A program made the translations under genes and the position numbers. The notes under the pieces were generated by a model, which saw nothing but the letters and a program-made list of their open reading frames with translations, was not told the DNA's origin and did no database searches. A stretch of 38,082 nt of DNA. It comes from Candidatus Methanosuratincola sp. (GTDB lineage: Archaea; Thermoproteota; Methanomethylicia; Methanomethylicales; Methanomethylicaceae). The stretch spans positions 1 through 38,082 of the forward strand of contig JARYLH010000002.1 in assembly GCA_029907755.1 (NCBI GenBank). The letters run 5' to 3'. Shown here in pieces: positions 1 to 9,859 of the stretch (within the stretch, counting starts at the first letter, position 1; every line of letters begins with the position of its first letter).

Positions 1-22
1 TATTGGTCAAGTGGTGTTTTAT

Positions 23-2002
23 ATGATGCATCTTATCGCTAAAGAGGATCCGGGCGCAAGGCACCTCCTCCTCGGGAACGAGGCTGTCGCCAGGGGTGCG
101 GTGGAATACAACGTGGAGATCGCCGCCGCATACCCGGGCACCCCATCCTCGGAGATCGTTGAGGCGCTCGCGCTCGTGGCTGACGACGTGGGGATGCATG
201 TCCAGTGGTCCACCAACGAGATGGTGGCTTTCGAGGTGGCGCTGGGCGCCGCCCTCTGCGGGAAGCGGAGCCTTGCTTCCATGAAGCACATCGGCGCAAA
301 CTGGATCATGGACCCGCTCATGCATTCGGTCTACCACGGCTTCGACGCCGGAATAGCGCTCGTTTCCGCCGACGACCCCTCTGGTCACAGCTCTGCGAAC
401 GAGCAGGACAACCGCTACATGGCACAGCTGGCCGAGATACCTGCGCTCGAGCCCTCCGACTTCCAGGAGGCAAAGGACTTCGTCGGGCACGCCCTGGCGA
501 TCTCGGAGGAGCTGCGCCTGCCGGTGATGCTGAGGCTGGTCACGAGGATATGCCACTCCAGGGGGGACTGCACATTCGGTCCGATCCTCCGGGAGAAGAA
601 GCCGCCGAAGTTCTCTGACGACTACTACACGGACTTCGTCTTGGGCGAGGGCATTGTTGGGCCCAAGGTGATCCCGAAGATGCACCGCATACAGCACGAG
701 AAGCTGGGGAGGGCACAAGAGGTCGCCTCCAGGCTGGGCCTCTTCGTATCTGAGGATCCTGACGGTACTCCGTTGGGTGGCTTGGGCATAATCGCATCCT
801 CGGCGCCTGTCGGATACGTCCTGGACTGCCTCAACGCCAGGGGGATCAGGGGCAAGGTGGGGCTCCTGAAGCTGGGGCTCTCCAACCCGTTCCCGGGCAA
901 GACTGTCTTGGATTTCGCCTCGAAATACGAGAGGATACTTATCGTTGAGGAAGGCGAGCCGTTCATCGAGAGGCACCTTGCAGGGCTCTCCGGCTTTCTC
1001 CGCTCCAAAATCCTTGGGAAGCTCACCTCGCACCTCCCGAGGGAGGGCGAGCTGAATTTCTCCTTGGTAGATGACGCTGTCGCCGAGGTGCTCGGCTTGG
1101 AGAAGCGGGCGATCCCTGGCGAGAAGCTGAAGATTATGGAGGTCGCCTCGGGGATGGTCACGCCCCGCACGCTGACGATGTGCGCGGGGTGCCCGCACAG
1201 GGCAGCTTACTACGCGGCCAAGAAAGCTACAAGGACAGCCGCAAACGCCCGGTACATAGCGATAGGGGACATCGGCTGCTATACCTTGGGGATGTACCCG
1301 CCCCTCCGGTTCATGCAGGACGTCTTCTGCATGGGCGGGAGCATCGGCATTGCGAACGGGGTGGCGAAGTCGGGGGTCACAGATCCTGTTATAGCGACGA
1401 TAGGGGACTCGACCTTCTACCACGCGGGGATCCCTGCGCTCATCAACGCCACCTTCAACCAGGCGAACATAAAGGTGATGGTGCTCGACAACGAGGTGAC
1501 GGCAATGACCGGGTACCAGCCCCACCCGGGGTGCGGCGAGACCGCGACGATGAAGCCGACGAAGAGGGTCAAGATCGAGGACCTCTCGCAAGCCTGCGGG
1601 ATTGAGTTCGTCCGCATCGTCGACCCGTACGACTTCCAGGCGAGCGTCAAGGCAATGGAGGACGCCATCCGATTCAACGGACCCGCCGTGGTCATTTTCC
1701 GCCGCCTGTGCACGCAGGAGTACCTGAGGAAGGCAAGGAGGCAGGGGGTTCGCATAGCCAAGTACAGGGTGAACCAGGAGAAGTGCATAGGGTGCAGGAC
1801 ATGCGTCGCAGCCTTCGGTTGCCCTGCCATCGGATTCGACAGGGAAAGGAAGAGAGCGTTTGTAGTGAGGCTCGACTGCACCGGCTGCGCCGTCTGCGCG
1901 GCAGTCTGCCCGCAGGGGGCTTTTGAAGTCGAGCAGGAGAGGGAACAGGTGTCGGATGCTGGATCAAAGGAAGTGTCATCGAGGAAAGAGGGAGGTGCAT
2001 GA
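23..2002 (+). CDS. iorA: Indolepyruvate:ferredoxin oxidoreductase alpha subunit (TPP-binding, fused 2x[4Fe-4S] module)
   Basis: The longest ORF is 11..2002 (GTG), but the ATG at 23/26 is more likely the start. Motifs: LLLGNEAVARGAVE and AAYPGTPSSEI (N-terminal), GDIGCYTLG ... GDSTFYHAGIPALINA (TPP-binding), and C-terminal CIGCRTCVAAFGCP plus CTGCAVCAAVCP ferredoxin motifs. The size fits IorA and an iorB-like gene follows. Confidence 0.85.
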   Translation: MMHLIAKEDPGARHLLLGNEAVARGAVEYNVEIAAAYPGTPSSEIVEALALVADDVGMHVQWSTNEMVAFEVALGAALCGKRSLASMKHIGANWIMDPLMHSVYHGFDAGIALVSADDPSGHSSANEQDNRYMAQLAEIPALEPSDFQEAKDFVGHALAISEELRLPVMLRLVTRICHSRGDCTFGPILREKKPPKFSDDYYTDFVLGEGIVGPKVIPKMHRIQHEKLGRAQEVASRLGLFVSEDPDGTPLGGLGIIASSAPVGYVLDCLNARGIRGKVGLLKLGLSNPFPGKTVLDFASKYERILIVEEGEPFIERHLAGLSGFLRSKILGKLTSHLPREGELNFSLVDDAVAEVLGLEKRAIPGEKLKIMEVASGMVTPRTLTMCAGCPHRAAYYAAKKATRTAANARYIAIGDIGCYTLGMYPPLRFMQDVFCMGGSIGIANGVAKSGVTDPVIATIGDSTFYHAGIPALINATFNQANIKVMVLDNEVTAMTGYQPHPGCGETATMKPTKRVKIEDLSQACGIEFVRIVDPYDFQASVKAMEDAIRFNGPAVVIFRRLCTQEYLRKARRQGVRIAKYRVNQEKCIGCRTCVAAFGCPAIGFDRERKRAFVVRLDCTGCAVCAAVCPQGAFEVEQEREQVSDAGSKEVSSRKEGGA

Positions 2003-2003
2003 G

Positions 2004-2618
2004 GTGCCGCTCAAGAACGTTCTTGAAATCGTGATTTCTGGCGTTGGGGGGCAGGGCAATGTAAGGGCTGCCCAGATGCTCGGAGCTGCGGCAGTCAAGG
2101 CTGGCCTCAGGGTCAGGGTTTCAGATGTATTCGGCATAGCGCAGCGCGGGGGCCCTGTGCTCAGCCACGTCAGGATCGGCGACGTCCATGGGGCAATGGT
2201 CAGCGCGCACTCTGCAGACGTGGTTTTGGGATTGGAGCCGATGGAGGCGCTCAGGGCCATCTCCTCTTTCCTGAAACCTGGCGGCACCGTCGTGATGAGC
2301 ACCCGCCCCGTATACCCCGTGGAGGTTAGCACGGGCAAGGCATCTTACCCGGCACTAGAGGATGTGATGAGAACAGCTCAGATGGTGGCGGGGAGGGTTA
2401 TACCGCTTGATGCCACCGCGGTAGCCTCCAGCGTGGGCATGCCTATGGCTGCAAACGTGGTGATGTTGGGCGTGCTCGCCGGAACCGGTTTGCTGCCTTT
2501 CGAAGCGGAGTACCTGCGCGCTTCAATTAGGGAATACATTCCTAGGGGCCTCGAGGAGAACATGATGGCTTTCGAAAAGGGGCTTGCGGTGGGAAAGGAA
2601 GGGGTCGCCGAGGCTTGA
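2004..2618 (+). CDS. iorB: Indolepyruvate:ferredoxin oxidoreductase beta subunit
   Basis: The track ORF is 1923..2618. GTG 2004 is preferred because GGAGGTG lies at 1991-1997 and the start is 1 nt after the iorA stop (2000-2002). It carries the VISGVGGQGNVRAAQMLG motif of gamma-type 2-oxoacid:Fd oxidoreductase domains and is about 205 aa. Confidence 0.8.
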   Translation: MPLKNVLEIVISGVGGQGNVRAAQMLGAAAVKAGLRVRVSDVFGIAQRGGPVLSHVRIGDVHGAMVSAHSADVVLGLEPMEALRAISSFLKPGGTVVMSTRPVYPVEVSTGKASYPALEDVMRTAQMVAGRVIPLDATAVASSVGMPMAANVVMLGVLAGTGLLPFEAEYLRASIREYIPRGLEENMMAFEKGLAVGKEGVAEA

Positions 2619-2833
2619 AGTTAGGCTCTTTGGGATTTAGGGTTCAGGCGTGAGCGAGTTGGGGATCCCCCTAAGATCTTTAGCCGCCGTTTTATTTTTG
2701 CTAGTTCTCGCCCCCCATTTTTCCAGCCGCTGCCGCACAAACGGAGCCTGTCTGCTGCAATGGCGATTCCGCTGATCTCGGAAAAGCTTCGATTTTAGTT
2801 TCGGAGAGCGGGACAATCTACTGCTATCACAGC

Positions 2834-5809
2834 ATGACTGCCCGGGAGGTCGAATCCCTAAAAATATCCTTGGGACCTGGGGAGAGTGATGATTACAGTG
2901 CAGCCTTCGAAGGCTATGTTTCCGGTCTTCCTCCTCAATACGAGGAAGGCTACGAATCCCTTGTCGGCTCGGTGGTAATCGACTATGCAATCCCGGCGTT
3001 TGGGATGCCCCCCTCGAGGAGGCTGGACCTCGACGCCTATTTCCCGCAGATGGGCGACCAGGGGATTCAGGGATCCTGCGCTGCCTGGGCAAGCGTTTAT
3101 TATGCAAACACCTACCTCCAAGCGAAGATCCATGGCTGGACCGACGTCAAGACTAACCCTGCGCACGTGATGAGCCCTGCATGGACCTACAACAAAGCGA
3201 ATGGAGGATCCGACTACGGGTCGACATGCGACAAGAATATGCGCATAGTGTCTGAGATCGGTTCTGCAAGCATGGCTACAATGCCATACAATCAATACGA
3301 CTACTTGAGCTGGGGCGGGGAGGCGGCGTGGCGCGAGGCCCCGCTCTACAGGGCTGGCGGCTTCGGCACTGTGCGCCCCGACAACATCGAGGTGATAAAG
3401 GCATTGCTGAACGACGGATACCTGGTGACTTTCAACATAGACTCTATATGCACCTGGTACGCTTCGCCAGATTACGTCCTATCCTACGGCGAGTATGACG
3501 GAGGACGACCTAACCATGCGAACGTTATAGTCGGTTACGACGACTCGTTGGAGGACGGCGGCGATGTGGGCGCCTTCCGGGTCGCCAACTCGAGGGGCAC
3601 CTCTTTCAAGGACGGCGGCTTTTATTGGATAACATACGAGGCGATGAAAAAGCTGGCCTCTCTCTCGCCAATAGCCAACTACTACCTCCCGAAAAGCTCT
3701 GGTCCCTCTTACGAACCATCCGTCCTGTTTACCTGGCGGCTCGATCCCGCCGGCTCCATGGACGGCGTTAAAGTTGTTGCGGGGATCGGCGATCCTGAGT
3801 CGCCTGCCGCCATGAAAGTCCTCTCGGACTGCTGGAATCTGGGATCCTCTTCCAAGATCCCGTCCTTCATGTGCGTGGACATGAGCGAGTTCAAGTCGCA
3901 CCTCGACAATGGGATCAATGAATTCTACCTCGAGATAGGCAACGGGGCAGTTCCGAGTTTCATCACCTCTTTCGCTGTTGAAATCTATGGCAACTATTCC
4001 TCACCCCCTTCACAGGCTTACAGTTCGAAGAGGGTTCCTGCATCTACGCCTGCAATAGTGACGATCAGCGAAAAGACCCTGGAGTATTTCAGCTGGGCGC
4101 CAAAATCTCCCCTCACATTCGAGGAAGTTGGTTTCACCGATCTGTCATACTCCGGCAGCGGGGGCATCGCGGCGTGGTTCTGGTCTTTCGGAGACGGCTA
4201 TTACTCGACTTCACAGAACCCGTCTCACTCCTACTCTTCTCACGGCGAGTTCCCTGTGACGCTTACGGTTGTTGACGGTGCGGGCAAGTCATCGTCCCGG
4301 ACCGAAACGATTACCGTGAGAAATCGACCTCCTGCGGTTAGCATGCTTCTGCCCTTGGCAGGCGGATCCTGCGGCGGTGTAGTGGAATTGGCTGCGAATG
4401 CCTCGGATCTTGACGACGGAGTGGCTGAGGTCAGGTTCTTCTATTCCACGAACGACAATGTCTACTTCATTGGAAAGAACGACTCCGGTCCGAAAAGTGG
4501 TGTCTGGACCTACTCATGGGACACGACGCCTTTGACAATCCCTGATGTACTTGTGTACGCGGTCGCATTTGATGGGCACACTCTTAGCCAGAGGGCCTAC
4601 ATCAATGGCACAATAAATATGGACAATGCCCCTCCCGGGACACCCGAGATCATATCGCCTAAAGACGGCATCCGGTCCGATGCCTCCGCAAACTTCTCAT
4701 GGCTACCTGCTAAAGACATGGGGAGCGGAATACTCGGGTACACTCTGGAGATCTCACCCCATCCTGATTTCGGCTCGGGAATTGTCCGAGTCGAGACATC
4801 CGAAACATGCCACAGTGAGCCCCTCTCCCCCGGAATCTGGTACTGGCGTGTCAGGTCCCAAGATCTCGCAGGGAACGTCGGAAGCTGGTCTGAAACCCGA
4901 TCCCTCATTGCTGACGCATTTCTCGTCAATGAAAGCGGATCGAGCAGATCCAGGGCGGATGTCTCTTCCCAGCAATTCGTCTGGTTCAGGGTGCTTTACC
5001 AGTATGACCTCTCTATCTTCAACCCGAGCAACAGAACAGTCTTCGTGAACGGCTCGGCCGCACGATGGAACGAAGCCCTCAAGAGGTGGGAAGCCCCGGT
5101 CATCGAAACGACTGCAGGAGAGTACGTTTATTCAGTCTCAAAGGTGATCGATGCCGATAACCCCATTTCAACGGTCAACAGCAACGCCTCCATGCCATCC
5201 ATCCTATTTGATCGCATTGTCATTGATTCTGTTCGTTCGAACGGGGCAAGGGTGGGCGTCGGCAGGTGTGCCAGCCTCTACATTTCAGGGCATTACGAAT
5301 GCGATTCAAGCCCATGGTACGGCAAGCCCTTGTTCAACGACAGCCTGTGCAAGGATTCGATGGGCACTTACTGGTACTCCATCGTCGGCGTTGCTGACGA
5401 CCCTTACAACTTAACGGCCTTCAGCCAGCCCGCATCAGCTCTGGCCCTAACTTTTGATGAAATTAAAATCAAAAGTAACTTTGAGACCGGCACCATCGGA
5501 GCTTGCCTCGTCACGATCGAATTGAATTACGGCTTTGATGGAACTCCGGTGCATTGCGCCACAGTCAACGTCAATGGGTTCCCAGCAGAGGAGACTGTAG
5601 CCGGGCGCTATGAAGCGGCAATCGAGACACCGATGCCATACGCCGTCTTGACCACCTCTGTTTCGCTTACAGGCTTCGGCGATACCATCGACCAAAGGGG
5701 CATTCTCCTGATCGGCAACCTGGCAGTCTGGGCGGCCGCCTTCGCAGCCTTGGCGGTATTGCTCTTCATTCTGGTGCGTCTGTTGAGAACTAAATGCAGT
5801 TCAAGCTGA
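2834..5809 (+). CDS. Large multidomain surface protein: N-terminal papain-like (C1-type) cysteine peptidase, PKD domain, Ig/FN3-like repeats, C-terminal TM anchor
   Basis: Catalytic-triad-like motifs are DQGIQGSC(82)AAWAS, HANVIVGYDD and ANSRGTSFKDGGFYWITYE. A PKD signature (WFWSFGDGYYSTSQNPSHSYSSHGEFPVTLTVVDGAGKSS) lies at about 4087-4325. There are many N-x-S/T sequons. A C-terminal hydrophobic helix (LLIGNLAVWAAAFAALAVLLFILVRLL, about 5704-5790) is followed by basic residues. Confidence 0.7.
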   Translation: MTAREVESLKISLGPGESDDYSAAFEGYVSGLPPQYEEGYESLVGSVVIDYAIPAFGMPPSRRLDLDAYFPQMGDQGIQGSCAAWASVYYANTYLQAKIHGWTDVKTNPAHVMSPAWTYNKANGGSDYGSTCDKNMRIVSEIGSASMATMPYNQYDYLSWGGEAAWREAPLYRAGGFGTVRPDNIEVIKALLNDGYLVTFNIDSICTWYASPDYVLSYGEYDGGRPNHANVIVGYDDSLEDGGDVGAFRVANSRGTSFKDGGFYWITYEAMKKLASLSPIANYYLPKSSGPSYEPSVLFTWRLDPAGSMDGVKVVAGIGDPESPAAMKVLSDCWNLGSSSKIPSFMCVDMSEFKSHLDNGINEFYLEIGNGAVPSFITSFAVEIYGNYSSPPSQAYSSKRVPASTPAIVTISEKTLEYFSWAPKSPLTFEEVGFTDLSYSGSGGIAAWFWSFGDGYYSTSQNPSHSYSSHGEFPVTLTVVDGAGKSSSRTETITVRNRPPAVSMLLPLAGGSCGGVVELAANASDLDDGVAEVRFFYSTNDNVYFIGKNDSGPKSGVWTYSWDTTPLTIPDVLVYAVAFDGHTLSQRAYINGTINMDNAPPGTPEIISPKDGIRSDASANFSWLPAKDMGSGILGYTLEISPHPDFGSGIVRVETSETCHSEPLSPGIWYWRVRSQDLAGNVGSWSETRSLIADAFLVNESGSSRSRADVSSQQFVWFRVLYQYDLSIFNPSNRTVFVNGSAARWNEALKRWEAPVIETTAGEYVYSVSKVIDADNPISTVNSNASMPSILFDRIVIDSVRSNGARVGVGRCASLYISGHYECDSSPWYGKPLFNDSLCKDSMGTYWYSIVGVADDPYNLTAFSQPASALALTFDEIKIKSNFETGTIGACLVTIELNYGFDGTPVHCATVNVNGFPAEETVAGRYEAAIETPMPYAVLTTSVSLTGFGDTIDQRGILLIGNLAVWAAAFAALAVLLFILVRLLRTKCSSS

Positions 5810-5879
5810 AGGGTGTGGAGAAAATTGCAGAGTGGATTGAGACGCAGCATACCCGTTCTCTCGATGGTCTTCCAATCCT

Positions 5880-7352
5880 CTATCCGGTTCCCCTGATCTT
5901 CTCCAACCTCTCCCTTATTGCGGCGTTGACGATCTCAGGGTCCCCTTTCCCCCTCGTCTTTCGCATCACCTGACCGACCAGGAAGTGCGCAGCCTTCTCG
6001 TCCGAGAGCGCGTCCGAGACCGCCTTGGGGTTCTCCGCGAAGACCTCCTCCACAACCTTCTCGATCGCCTCCCTGTCCGCGATCTTGGTCATGTCGTTCT
6101 CCCTGACGACCTCCTCCGCGCTCTTCCCGGTGGTCACAAGCGCGGGGAGTATGATCTTCCCGATCTTCCCGCTTATCGTCCCGTCCCTGATCAGTTTCAG
6201 CATCCCCGCAAACGAGGATGGGGTTATCTTCGCCTCGTCTATCCCCAGTCCCTTGTCGTGGAGCACGCCGAGGAGGTCTCCCATTATCCAGTTGCTCACC
6301 GTCTTCGGCTCCCCGGAGATCCGCGCAGCCTCCTCGAAGAAGTCGGCTAGCCTCTTCTCAGCGGTGAGGACCTGCGCGTCGTACCGGGGCAGACCGTACT
6401 CCCTGACGAACCTCTCAGCCCGGGCGTCCGGGAGCTCCGGCATCCTCGCCCGGATCGCATCCACATACGCACTGCCAAGGTGTATTGGGGGTATGTCCGG
6501 CTCCGGGAAGTACCTGTAGTCATGCTCCTCCTCCTTCTCCCTGAGCGATATGGTCACCTTCCTCACCTCGTCCCAGTGCCTCGTCTCGCGCCTGACCCTC
6601 TCCCCCTTCTCTAGCAGGCTCCTCTGCCTCGAGATCTCGAAGTTGAGTGCCCTCTCGACCTCCTTGAAAGACGATATGTTCTTTATCTCGACCCTTGTGC
6701 CCCCCTTGATCGATATGTTCGCGTCGCACCTCATCGCCCCCTCGAGGCCGCCGTCGAAAGCCCCGATGTGTTCCATGATCGACCTGAGCTTCTGCAGGAA
6801 GAGCCTCGCCTCCCTGGGGGATGACATGTCCGGTTCCGTGACTATCTCGAGTAGCGCCATCCCGGCCCTGTTGTAGTCCACCAGCGTGTACGGCGAGAGG
6901 TCGATCGGTCCGATGTGGACGAGCTTCGCCGGGTCCTCCTCGAGCTGTATCCTCGTGATCCTGATCCTCTTCCTGGCACTCCCCACGTTGATGTCGATGA
7001 ACCCCCATTCGCAGATTGTCTTCGAACCCTTGGTCTCGTACATCGAGATCTGGAAGTTCTTCCCCATATCCACGTAGTAGTAGTTCTTCCTATAGAACGA
7101 GGTCCTCTCGCTTATCCTGCTGTTCAGCGCCAGGCCTGCCATGACGGCGAGCTCGACCGCCTTAGCGTTTGGCCTCGGCAGCGACCCGGGGTGCCCAAGG
7201 CAGACCTCGCAGACGTTCGTGTTCGGCTCCTTGCCCCTGTAGTCGGTGCTGCACCCGCAGAAAAGCTTGGTCCTAAGCCTGTTGAGCTGGCAGTGGACCT
7301 CGATCCCAATAACGACCCCGTCTCTCTGTTCCGGCACCTCAGCGACCGCCAT
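5880..7352 (-). CDS. gatB: Asp/Glu-tRNA(Asn/Gln) amidotransferase subunit B
   Basis: N-terminal GIEVHCQLN...KLFCGC and the C-terminal GatB/YqeY-like tail (KAVSDALSDEKAAHFLVGQVMRKTRGKGDP). It is 490 aa and sits immediately downstream of gatA. Confidence 0.9.
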   Translation of the reverse strand: MAVAEVPEQRDGVVIGIEVHCQLNRLRTKLFCGCSTDYRGKEPNTNVCEVCLGHPGSLPRPNAKAVELAVMAGLALNSRISERTSFYRKNYYYVDMGKNFQISMYETKGSKTICEWGFIDINVGSARKRIRITRIQLEEDPAKLVHIGPIDLSPYTLVDYNRAGMALLEIVTEPDMSSPREARLFLQKLRSIMEHIGAFDGGLEGAMRCDANISIKGGTRVEIKNISSFKEVERALNFEISRQRSLLEKGERVRRETRHWDEVRKVTISLREKEEEHDYRYFPEPDIPPIHLGSAYVDAIRARMPELPDARAERFVREYGLPRYDAQVLTAEKRLADFFEEAARISGEPKTVSNWIMGDLLGVLHDKGLGIDEAKITPSSFAGMLKLIRDGTISGKIGKIILPALVTTGKSAEEVVRENDMTKIADREAIEKVVEEVFAENPKAVSDALSDEKAAHFLVGQVMRKTRGKGDPEIVNAAIRERLEKIRGTG

Positions 7353-7379
7353 GTATCACACCATCCACCTGACCGCAAT

Positions 7380-8813
7380 TCATACCGGGGGCTTCAGCTC
7401 CAGCCCCAGCTCCTCCTCCAGCTTCCTAGCAGCGGTTAGTACCTTCCCCTCCCCGAGCGGCGGGCCCATTATCTGGAGCCCCACCGGGAGCCCGTCGGCG
7501 AACCCGCACGGGACCGAGATCGCGGGGATGCCCGCGAGGTTCACCGACACCGTGTCGATGTCGCTCATGTACATCTCCAGCGGGTCCTCCACCTTCTCCC
7601 CGATCCTGAACGCTGGGGTCGGCATCGTCGGTCCCACGAGCACGTCGAATTCCTTGAAGAGCCGCTCGAAGTCCCTCCTAATGAGCGTCCTGGCCTTCAG
7701 CGCCTTCAGGTAGTACTCCTCGTAGTACCCGGAGGAGAGCGCGAACGTGCCAAGGATTATCCTCCTCTTGACCTCGCTGCCGAAGTTTGCGCCCCTCGTC
7801 CTCGAGAACGACTCCTCCCAGTTCATGCCCTCATCCTCCTCCCTCGTGCCGTACCTGATGCCGTCGAACCGCGCGAGGTTCGAGCTCGCCTCGGACATCG
7901 CGATGATGTAGTAAGCGGGGAGTGCATACTTGAGCGAGGGCAGAGATGCTTCGTTCCAGGAGGCCCCGAGGCCCTCGAGGGCGTGGATCCCGCTCCAGAC
8001 CTCCTTCTCCACCCTGCTGTCGGTCCCCTCCCCGAAGAACTCCATCGGGACACCGATCCTAAGCCCCTTGACGTCCTTCCCGAGGCATGCCAGGTAATCC
8101 TCTTTCTTCCCTGGGATCGTGGTGCAGTCCTTCGGGTCGTGCCCGCTAATCACGTTGAGGAGGAGCGCGCAGTCCCTCACATCCCTGGCCATCGGGCCTA
8201 TCTGCTCGAGGCTGTTCGCGTACGCAACCAGGCCGTACCTGCTGACGAGCCCGTAGGTGGCCTTCATCGCAACTATTCCGCAGAAGCTCGCAGGGCACCT
8301 CACAGATCCGCCGGTGTCCGACCCGAGCGCCGCCAGGGCCATCCTCGCCGAGACCGCCACCGCAGAGCCGCCGGAAGACCCCCCGGGGACCCTTGTCTTG
8401 TCCCACGGGTTGCGGCACACGAAGAAGCCAGAGTTCTCGGTAGAGGAGCCCATCGCGAACTCATCCATGTTGGTCTTGCCGGTGATGACCCCCCCTTCGG
8501 ATTTTATCCTTGAGACGACCGTCGCGTCGTATGGCGGCACATAGCTGCTGAGGATCTTCGAAGCACAAGTTGTCCTCAGGCCCTTCGTGCATATGCAATC
8601 CTTGATCGCGATAGGCGCCCCCTCAAGGGCTCCGCCGATCCCTTCCCTGTTACTTGCCGCGCCAGCCCCGCTGACCGTTATGTATGCCCCGTATTCCGGG
8701 TTCAGCCTCCTGATCCTCTCAGCATACGCCTCGAGGAGTTCCTCCCTTTCGATTTCACCCCTCTTGATGGAATCTACCGCATCAAAGAGCGTCATATCCT
8801 CAAGCTTTGCCAT
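7380..8813 (-). CDS. gatA: Asp/Glu-tRNA(Asn/Gln) amidotransferase subunit A (amidase signature family)
   Basis: Amidase signature GGSSGGSAVAV and GSDTGGSVRCPASFCG. The track start is GTG 8822, but the ATG at 8813 (MAKLEDMTLFD) is preferred. Confidence 0.9.
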   Translation of the reverse strand: MAKLEDMTLFDAVDSIKRGEIEREELLEAYAERIRRLNPEYGAYITVSGAGAASNREGIGGALEGAPIAIKDCICTKGLRTTCASKILSSYVPPYDATVVSRIKSEGGVITGKTNMDEFAMGSSTENSGFFVCRNPWDKTRVPGGSSGGSAVAVSARMALAALGSDTGGSVRCPASFCGIVAMKATYGLVSRYGLVAYANSLEQIGPMARDVRDCALLLNVISGHDPKDCTTIPGKKEDYLACLGKDVKGLRIGVPMEFFGEGTDSRVEKEVWSGIHALEGLGASWNEASLPSLKYALPAYYIIAMSEASSNLARFDGIRYGTREEDEGMNWEESFSRTRGANFGSEVKRRIILGTFALSSGYYEEYYLKALKARTLIRRDFERLFKEFDVLVGPTMPTPAFRIGEKVEDPLEMYMSDIDTVSVNLAGIPAISVPCGFADGLPVGLQIMGPPLGEGKVLTAARKLEEELGLELKPPV

Positions 8814-8831
8814 CTTACGCACTCGCCTTGA

Positions 8832-9128
8832 TCAGACTATCTTGGGAGCGACAATGAAACCGTCCTTGACCTTAGGTGCAGTGGACAGGGCCTCCTCCCT
8901 CTTCAGCCCGCCCTCCTCCAAGTCTTCCCTGAATGTGTTCGCGAGGTCCAGTACATGGAATGTTGGCTCTGCGCCTTCAACCTCAGGGCTGTCCAGAGCC
9001 TTCGCGAACTCCAGTATCCTGTTCAGTTGATCCGTGAACTTTTCTACCTCTTCCCGAGTGAGGGCAATCTTCGAGAGCCAAGCGAGCCTCTCGGTCCTCT
9101 CCTTAGAAACGGTCCTTATGCTCTCCAT
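8832..9128 (-). CDS. gatC: Asp/Glu-tRNA amidotransferase subunit C
   Basis: RLAWLSKIALTREEVEKFTDQLNRILEFAKALD is GatC-like. The 98-aa form from ATG 9128 has a G-rich SD and an AT-rich box about 40-50 nt upstream. The 120-aa track form (9194) adds a non-conserved N-terminus. Confidence 0.8.
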   Translation of the reverse strand: MESIRTVSKERTERLAWLSKIALTREEVEKFTDQLNRILEFAKALDSPEVEGAEPTFHVLDLANTFREDLEEGGLKREEALSTAPKVKDGFIVAPKIV

Positions 9129-9333
9129 CGCGACCCCCTTACGTTTACGGTTAATATTCCCCTGTGCGTAATAAAAATGCTGATCTTGAAACATTCGGTC
9201 AAGACTGTTTTATAGCCTTTTGCCCTCGCCTGAGCAAACGAGTCTGCAAACAGGGGTTCCGAACCAGAGGTCAAACAAATCAGTCTTCAGGAAAAAAAGG
9301 ATATCGGAAAATCGGAAGCGGGTGCGCGGGAGC

Positions 9334-9777
9334 TCACTCGATCCTTATGGATTTTTTCTTTGCCTTTTCGAGCTTGGGCATCCTTACCTCGAGGACGCCG
9401 TTGTTGAAGGTCGCCTTCACCCTCGAGCTGTCCACCTGGCATGGAAGCTCGATCATCCTGTAGAAGTTCATAGACCTTCTCTCCCTCCTCCTGAAGCCTT
9501 CCTTCTCAACGGCGACCTCCTCCTTCTGGGAAGTCTTGATCTCGAGCGTATTGTCGACAAGGTTAAGCTCTATGTTCTCCTTGGGGACGCCAGGCAGCTC
9601 CGCAGTCACAATAACCTCATCTGCGGTCTCGTTGATGTCTACCAGCGGCTCCCTGAACCCAGGCTCCCTTACGGCGGGCAGCCTCTTCTGCATCTCTTCG
9701 GTCATGCTTCCCATGAACCTCTCCATCTCCCGCATCATCCTCCGGAAATCATCGAATATGTCGATCCCGTAGGACAT
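9334..9777 (-). CDS. hsp20: Small heat-shock protein, Hsp20/alpha-crystallin family
   Basis: Alpha-crystallin domain: VDINETADEVIVTAELPGVPKENIELNL ... RMIELPCQVDSSRVKATFNNGVLEVRMPK. GAGGTGG SD lies 7-13 nt upstream of the ATG. Confidence 0.9.
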   Translation of the reverse strand: MSYGIDIFDDFRRMMREMERFMGSMTEEMQKRLPAVREPGFREPLVDINETADEVIVTAELPGVPKENIELNLVDNTLEIKTSQKEEVAVEKEGFRRRERRSMNFYRMIELPCQVDSSRVKATFNNGVLEVRMPKLEKAKKKSIRIE

Positions 9778-9794
9778 GCTCGACCACCTCTGGA

Positions 9795-9840
9795 TTTAGA
9801 ATATATCGCAGTAAAATATATATCTTTCTGTAGTATATGA
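9795..9840. promoter_or_regulatory. Bidirectional AT-rich promoter region between hsp20 and cdc48
   Basis: ATATATC occurs twice (9801-9807, 9818-9824). The ATATATAT core (9816-9823) is about 41-42 nt from both start codons (9777 and 9860). Confidence 0.45.
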
Positions 9841-9859
9841 GTAAGGCAGGTGTATCAAG

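Noticed and set aside
2844-2858. tRNA T-arm-like string GGGAGGTCGAATCCC
   Set aside because: It has only a 4-bp stem and no matching acceptor, D or anticodon arms in the flanks, and it lies inside the protease ORF.
8832-9194. Long (120-aa) form of gatC
   Set aside because: The extra 22 N-terminal residues (MFQDQHFYYAQGNINRKRKGVA) are unlike GatC. The internal ATG 9128 has a G-rich SD and gives the typical length of about 98 aa.
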